This document shows, piece by piece, positions 56,402-59,652 of a DNA stretch of 59,652 nt. The notes beneath the pieces were generated by a model. It saw nothing but the letters and a program-made list of their open reading frames with translations. It was not told the origin of the DNA and ran no database searches. The stretch's first letter is position 1, and the number at the start of each line of letters is the position of its first letter. Source of the DNA: an uncultured Mediterranea sp. (GTDB lineage: Bacteria; Bacteroidota; Bacteroidia; Bacteroidales; Bacteroidaceae); assembly GCA_946056155.1 (NCBI GenBank), contig CAMGIP010000001.1, forward strand, positions 1 through 59,652, written 5' to 3'. Position numbers and translations under genes: made by a program.

Positions 56402-56713
56402 TCAGAGGAAACCGAGCTCCAGCTTGGCCTCTTCGCTCATCATATCCTTGTCCCATTCCGGTTCGAAGACGAGGTTGATTGTAGCGTTATGTACCCCATC
56501 AATGGATTCAATCTTCTGCCGTACATCCTCCACAATGAAGTCGGCTGCCGGACAGTTGGGAGCGGTAAGGGTCATGTCGATGACCACGTCACCCTGCTCT
56601 TGCACATCAATTTTGTATATCAGTCCCAGTTCATAGACATTCACGGGGATTTCGGGATCGTACACCGTCTTGAGCATGGCTACAATCTTCTCTTCTATCT
56701 CATATTTTGTCAT
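56402..56713 (-). CDS. DUF59/SufT-like Fe-S cluster assembly protein
   Basis: VYDPEIPVN..LGLIY; MTLTAPNCP; LVFEPEW. Confidence 0.92.
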   Translation of the reverse strand: MTKYEIEEKIVAMLKTVYDPEIPVNVYELGLIYKIDVQEQGDVVIDMTLTAPNCPAADFIVEDVRQKIESIDGVHNATINLVFEPEWDKDMMSEEAKLELGFL

Positions 56714-56870
56714 ATTAGATGCAATATTTCTAATTTATCTGTTTACATAATCGGTCAGGGCCACGGCGCATGGAAGGTCAATGGCCTCTATTCGTTGGCA
56801 AAGCTACTTATTTCTGTTGAAACGACCAAGCGGTTGGCTATTTTCTCGGGCAAAGCCTCTCTCATTATGC

Positions 56871-57557
56871 TCAGAGAATCCCCTCATCGTTGAAACTGAA
56901 GTAGGTGCCGTCGCCCACGATGACATGGTCCAGCAGGCGGATGTTCATCAGTTTGGCTGCCTCCTTCACCCGTTCAGTCAGCCTCCGGTCATCGCTGGAG
57001 GGACGTACATTGCCTGAGGGGTGGTTGTGGATGAGAGCTATCTGCGTGGCCCGTGCCAGCAGTGCCTCACGTAAGATGGAACGCACATCGGCGATGGTCT
57101 GGTCTATGCCTCCGCGACTGATGCAGACCTTATCAATCACGCGGCCGGCCTGGTTGAGCAGCAGGGTCCAGAACTCCTCCAAGGGGAGGTCGGCCATCCG
57201 TTCGTGGAACAGTTCGAAAATATCTATCGAACTGCCTACCGAAGGGCGCTGAATCCGCTCTTCCGACTTGCGTCTCCGCCCCAGCTCCAGGGCAGCCATG
57301 ATGGTCAGGCTTTTGGCAGGTCCCATCCCTTTGAAGCGGGCAAACTCCTTCATTTCCCATTTGCCCAACCGGTTGAGGCTATTCTCGCAGTCTGCCAGCA
57401 TCCGCTGGCAGAGCACCACAGCACTCTCTTCGGCATTGCCGCTGCCAATGAGTATGGCCAGCAGCTCAGCATCGCTCAGTGCCTCAGCTCCTTTGAGCAT
57501 CATCTTTTCTCGCGGGCGGTCGGCTTCGGCCAGTTGTTTGATGGATAATCGTTCCAT
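56871..57557 (-). CDS. radC: RadC/UPF0758 JAB-domain protein
   Basis: RPREK; LSDAELLAIL; HNHPSG..PS..D; LLDHVI. Confidence 0.95.
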   Translation of the reverse strand: MERLSIKQLAEADRPREKMMLKGAEALSDAELLAILIGSGNAEESAVVLCQRMLADCENSLNRLGKWEMKEFARFKGMGPAKSLTIMAALELGRRRKSEERIQRPSVGSSIDIFELFHERMADLPLEEFWTLLLNQAGRVIDKVCISRGGIDQTIADVRSILREALLARATQIALIHNHPSGNVRPSSDDRRLTERVKEAAKLMNIRLLDHVIVGDGTYFSFNDEGIL

Positions 57558-57585
57558 AGTTCTTTTTAGTTGTCAATCGGGTATC

Positions 57586-58581
57586 TTATTGGTAGAAGTT
57601 GGTTTTGAAGGCTTCTGCCTCCTCCCTTTTTCCACAGATGCAACGGCTCCACCAGGCTCGGAGGAATCCTGACCCATAACCTGTGAGTTGGGTGATGGAG
57701 GCGGCTACACTCAGCAGGCCGATGTGGAAGCTACGTGTGCGCAGGGAGGCGTCGGTCAGCACCAGCAGCAGGTAGGCGGCTATCGGTAGCAGGCTGTAGG
57801 CGCACCAGAGCGAAGCGCAGAGCAGGAGGAGTAGTCCCAGCGTAAAGGCGGTGGGCAGCAGATGGACACACTTCAGTGATGAGGGGTGGCGCTTGTAGAG
57901 GTTGATGCGTGCCATGCCCGAGTTGTGTACCTGCTTGAAAAACTTGCGCAGGTCGGTCCTTCTCTTGTGCCAGACCCACGCTTCGGGGATGAGTCCGCAG
58001 CGGTAGCCGCTATCGAAGAGGCGGATGCTGAAGTCGATGTCCTCGCCGAAGCGCATCGGGGAGAAGCCGCCCAGGGCTTGATAGACCTCGCGCCGAACAC
58101 CCATATTGAAGCTGCGGGGATAAAACTTGTCCAGCTTCTTTTGGCCACCCCGTATGCCCCCTGTGGTAAAGAAGGAGGTCATGCTGTAGTTGATGGCCTT
58201 CTGCATGGGGGTAAAGGAGTCGTGGGCACGGTCGGGGCCTCCGAAGGCATCCAACGGCCGCTGCTTCAATGCTCGATCCACCGCCTCTAAATAGCCCGGA
58301 GGGAGGATGCAGTCAGAGTCCAGAATCAGCAGATATGTTCCGTGGGCTCGTTCTGCCGCATAGTTGCGTGTGGGACCCGGTCCGCTGTTCGGCTTGCTGT
58401 AGTAGTGCAGAGTCAGCTGCGGGGCATACCGATTGGTTACCTCCCGGCAGGGTAGGGTAGAGCCATCGTCCACTACCACCACCTCAAATGACTTCAGCGT
58501 CTGGGCAGTGAGGCTTTGCAGCAGTTCGTCCACCTCGTCGGGACGATTATACACAGGTATCAGGATGGAATATTTCATCAT
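57586..58581 (-). CDS. Glycosyltransferase family 2 with C-terminal TM helices
   Basis: YSILIPVYNR; VDDGS; LDSDC; PRSFNMG; GEDID; hydrophobic C-terminus. Confidence 0.92.
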   Translation of the reverse strand: MMKYSILIPVYNRPDEVDELLQSLTAQTLKSFEVVVVDDGSTLPCREVTNRYAPQLTLHYYSKPNSGPGPTRNYAAERAHGTYLLILDSDCILPPGYLEAVDRALKQRPLDAFGGPDRAHDSFTPMQKAINYSMTSFFTTGGIRGGQKKLDKFYPRSFNMGVRREVYQALGGFSPMRFGEDIDFSIRLFDSGYRCGLIPEAWVWHKRRTDLRKFFKQVHNSGMARINLYKRHPSSLKCVHLLPTAFTLGLLLLLCASLWCAYSLLPIAAYLLLVLTDASLRTRSFHIGLLSVAASITQLTGYGSGFLRAWWSRCICGKREEAEAFKTNFYQ

Positions 58582-58726
58582 GGGAATATGGCTTGCTGTT
58601 TTCTTTTTGCACAAATGTAGGCAAAATCCATGAACTGCTCATCAGAAACAGGCAGAAAATGTATCCTGTAGGTACGAAAAATCCGTTTTCTGTAGTGAGA
58701 TCCGTGGAGACAGCTCTCCGATAGAC

Positions 58727-58763
58727 AAAAAAACGCCCCACAGGTTGAAGGACCTATGGGGCG
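58727..58763 (-). terminator. Intrinsic terminator of efp
   Basis: Minus strand CGCCCCATAGGT..ACCTGTGGGGCG followed by T7. Confidence 0.85.
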
Positions 58764-58785
58764 GATATGGCTGCAACGGAGAAGT

Positions 58786-59352
58786 TTATGCCTTCACGCG
58801 ACCTACGTAAGAACCATCGCGGGTGTCGATTTCGATAGTCTCACCCTCGTTGATGAAGAGGGGAACACGAACTTCAGCACCGCTCTCTACAGTAGCCGGC
58901 TTCAGGGTGTTGGTAGCGGTATCACCCTTCAGACCCGGTTCGGTGTAGGTCACCTTCATCTGCACCTTGATGGGCATGTCAGCATAGAGTACCGTCTCGG
59001 TAGAGGCATCAGAAACTACATCTACCACCTGTCCTTCGAGCAGGAAGTCCACACCGTTGATCAGGTCGTGAGCGATAGGAATTTGGTCAAATGTCTCCTG
59101 ATTCATGAACATATAGTCCTCGCCCTCCTGATAGAGGTACTGGTAGGGGCGACGTTCTACACGCACATCCTCCAGCTTTTCACCGATGTTGAAGCGACGC
59201 TCCAGAACGTAGCCATTGACCACGTCTTTCAGCTTAGTACGCATGAAGGTGTTACCTTTACCCGGCTTTACGTGCAGGAAGTCGATGCAGAAATAGAGCT
59301 TGCCATCCATGCGGATGCAGGTTCCGATTTTAATGTCTTGGGCATTAATCAT
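58786..59352 (-). CDS. efp: Elongation factor P
   Basis: HVKPGKG; PGLKGDT; VPLFI; IDTRDGSY. Confidence 0.98.
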   Translation of the reverse strand: MINAQDIKIGTCIRMDGKLYFCIDFLHVKPGKGNTFMRTKLKDVVNGYVLERRFNIGEKLEDVRVERRPYQYLYQEGEDYMFMNQETFDQIPIAHDLINGVDFLLEGQVVDVVSDASTETVLYADMPIKVQMKVTYTEPGLKGDTATNTLKPATVESGAEVRVPLFINEGETIEIDTRDGSYVGRVKA

Positions 59353-59434
59353 ACTTGTTCTTCTTTATATTATTATGTTAGGAATATCTTCTTTTCTGTA
59401 GGGAATAACCTCTATAGGTGCTGCTTTGCGGGTG

Positions 59435-59524
59435 CAAAAGTAATGGAATTCGGTAAAAATAGCAAAAACTTTTGAGAGAAAATAAGTTATCGTTTGGTTT
59501 ATTTGAAAAAAGTACCTATTTTTG
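59435..59524. promoter_or_regulatory. Divergent efp and rpmH promoters
   Basis: Minus: TTTG (59463-66), N20, TACTTTTG (59435-42). Plus: TTTG (59493-96), N20, TATTTTTG (59517-24). Confidence 0.85.
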
Positions 59525-59569
59525 CAGCCCGAATTCGTGAGAATAATAACATAAAACATAGATACGAAG

Positions 59570-59652
59570 ATGAAAAGAACATTCCAACCCTCTAACAGAA
59601 AGAGAAAAAACAAGCACGGTTTCCGTGAGAGAATGGCTACCGCCAACGGTCG
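59570..59652 (+). CDS. rpmH: 50S ribosomal protein L34, partial (runs off the window)
   Basis: Manual translation [27 protein letters not shown]; absent from the ORF track. Confidence 0.97.
   Translation, partial: MKRTFQPSNRKRKNKHGFRERMATANG

Noticed and set aside
56238-56456. 73-aa N-terminal extension of the LpxH-like ORF
   Set aside because: It overlaps the DUF59 gene, and the family motif starts at MKSIYFLSD (ATG 56237)
56871-57557. radC as a marker of a mobile element
   Set aside because: Full-length chromosomal form in a core neighbourhood (efp, GT2, DUF59)

Overview
Bacteroidales (Prevotella/Bacteroides-like) chromosomal window, judged from TTTG-N20-TAnnTTTG promoters, SusC/SusD pairs and an HTCS. 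It contains: (1) an HTCS-regulated host-glycan (sulfomucin-type) PUL at 0.3-19.8 kb, with an S1 sulfatase, SusC/D, GH20, a sulfatase-GH29 fucosidase fusion and a GH2; (2) a lone GT2 and tRNA-Leu/tRNA-Gly; (3) a doubly deleted TonB receptor/lipoprotein locus behind a Pho-box-like, helically phased promoter lattice, followed by a 305-bp MITE with TIRs, an 8-bp TSD and REP-like palindromes; (4) an ECF-sigma/FecR-regulated PUL of unknown substrate at 24.6-51.9 kb, with two DUF4832-like GH-A-type proteins, an exported FAD oxidoreductase, GH36-like, CE7, two GH2, an SGNH-GH3 fusion and GH3-PA14; (5) a FecR pseudogene, an orphan structured-RNA candidate and an orphan histidine kinase flanked by 22-bp-period arrays; (6) core genes (lpxH-like, DUF59, radC, GT2, efp, rpmH). 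The best candidates for new biology are the sulfatase-fucosidase fusion with an altered fucose subsite, the DUF4832/FAD-oxidoreductase PUL, three sequence-unrelated 22-23-bp-period palindrome arrays, and the orphan ncRNA. All family calls come from motif recognition by eye; no searches were run.
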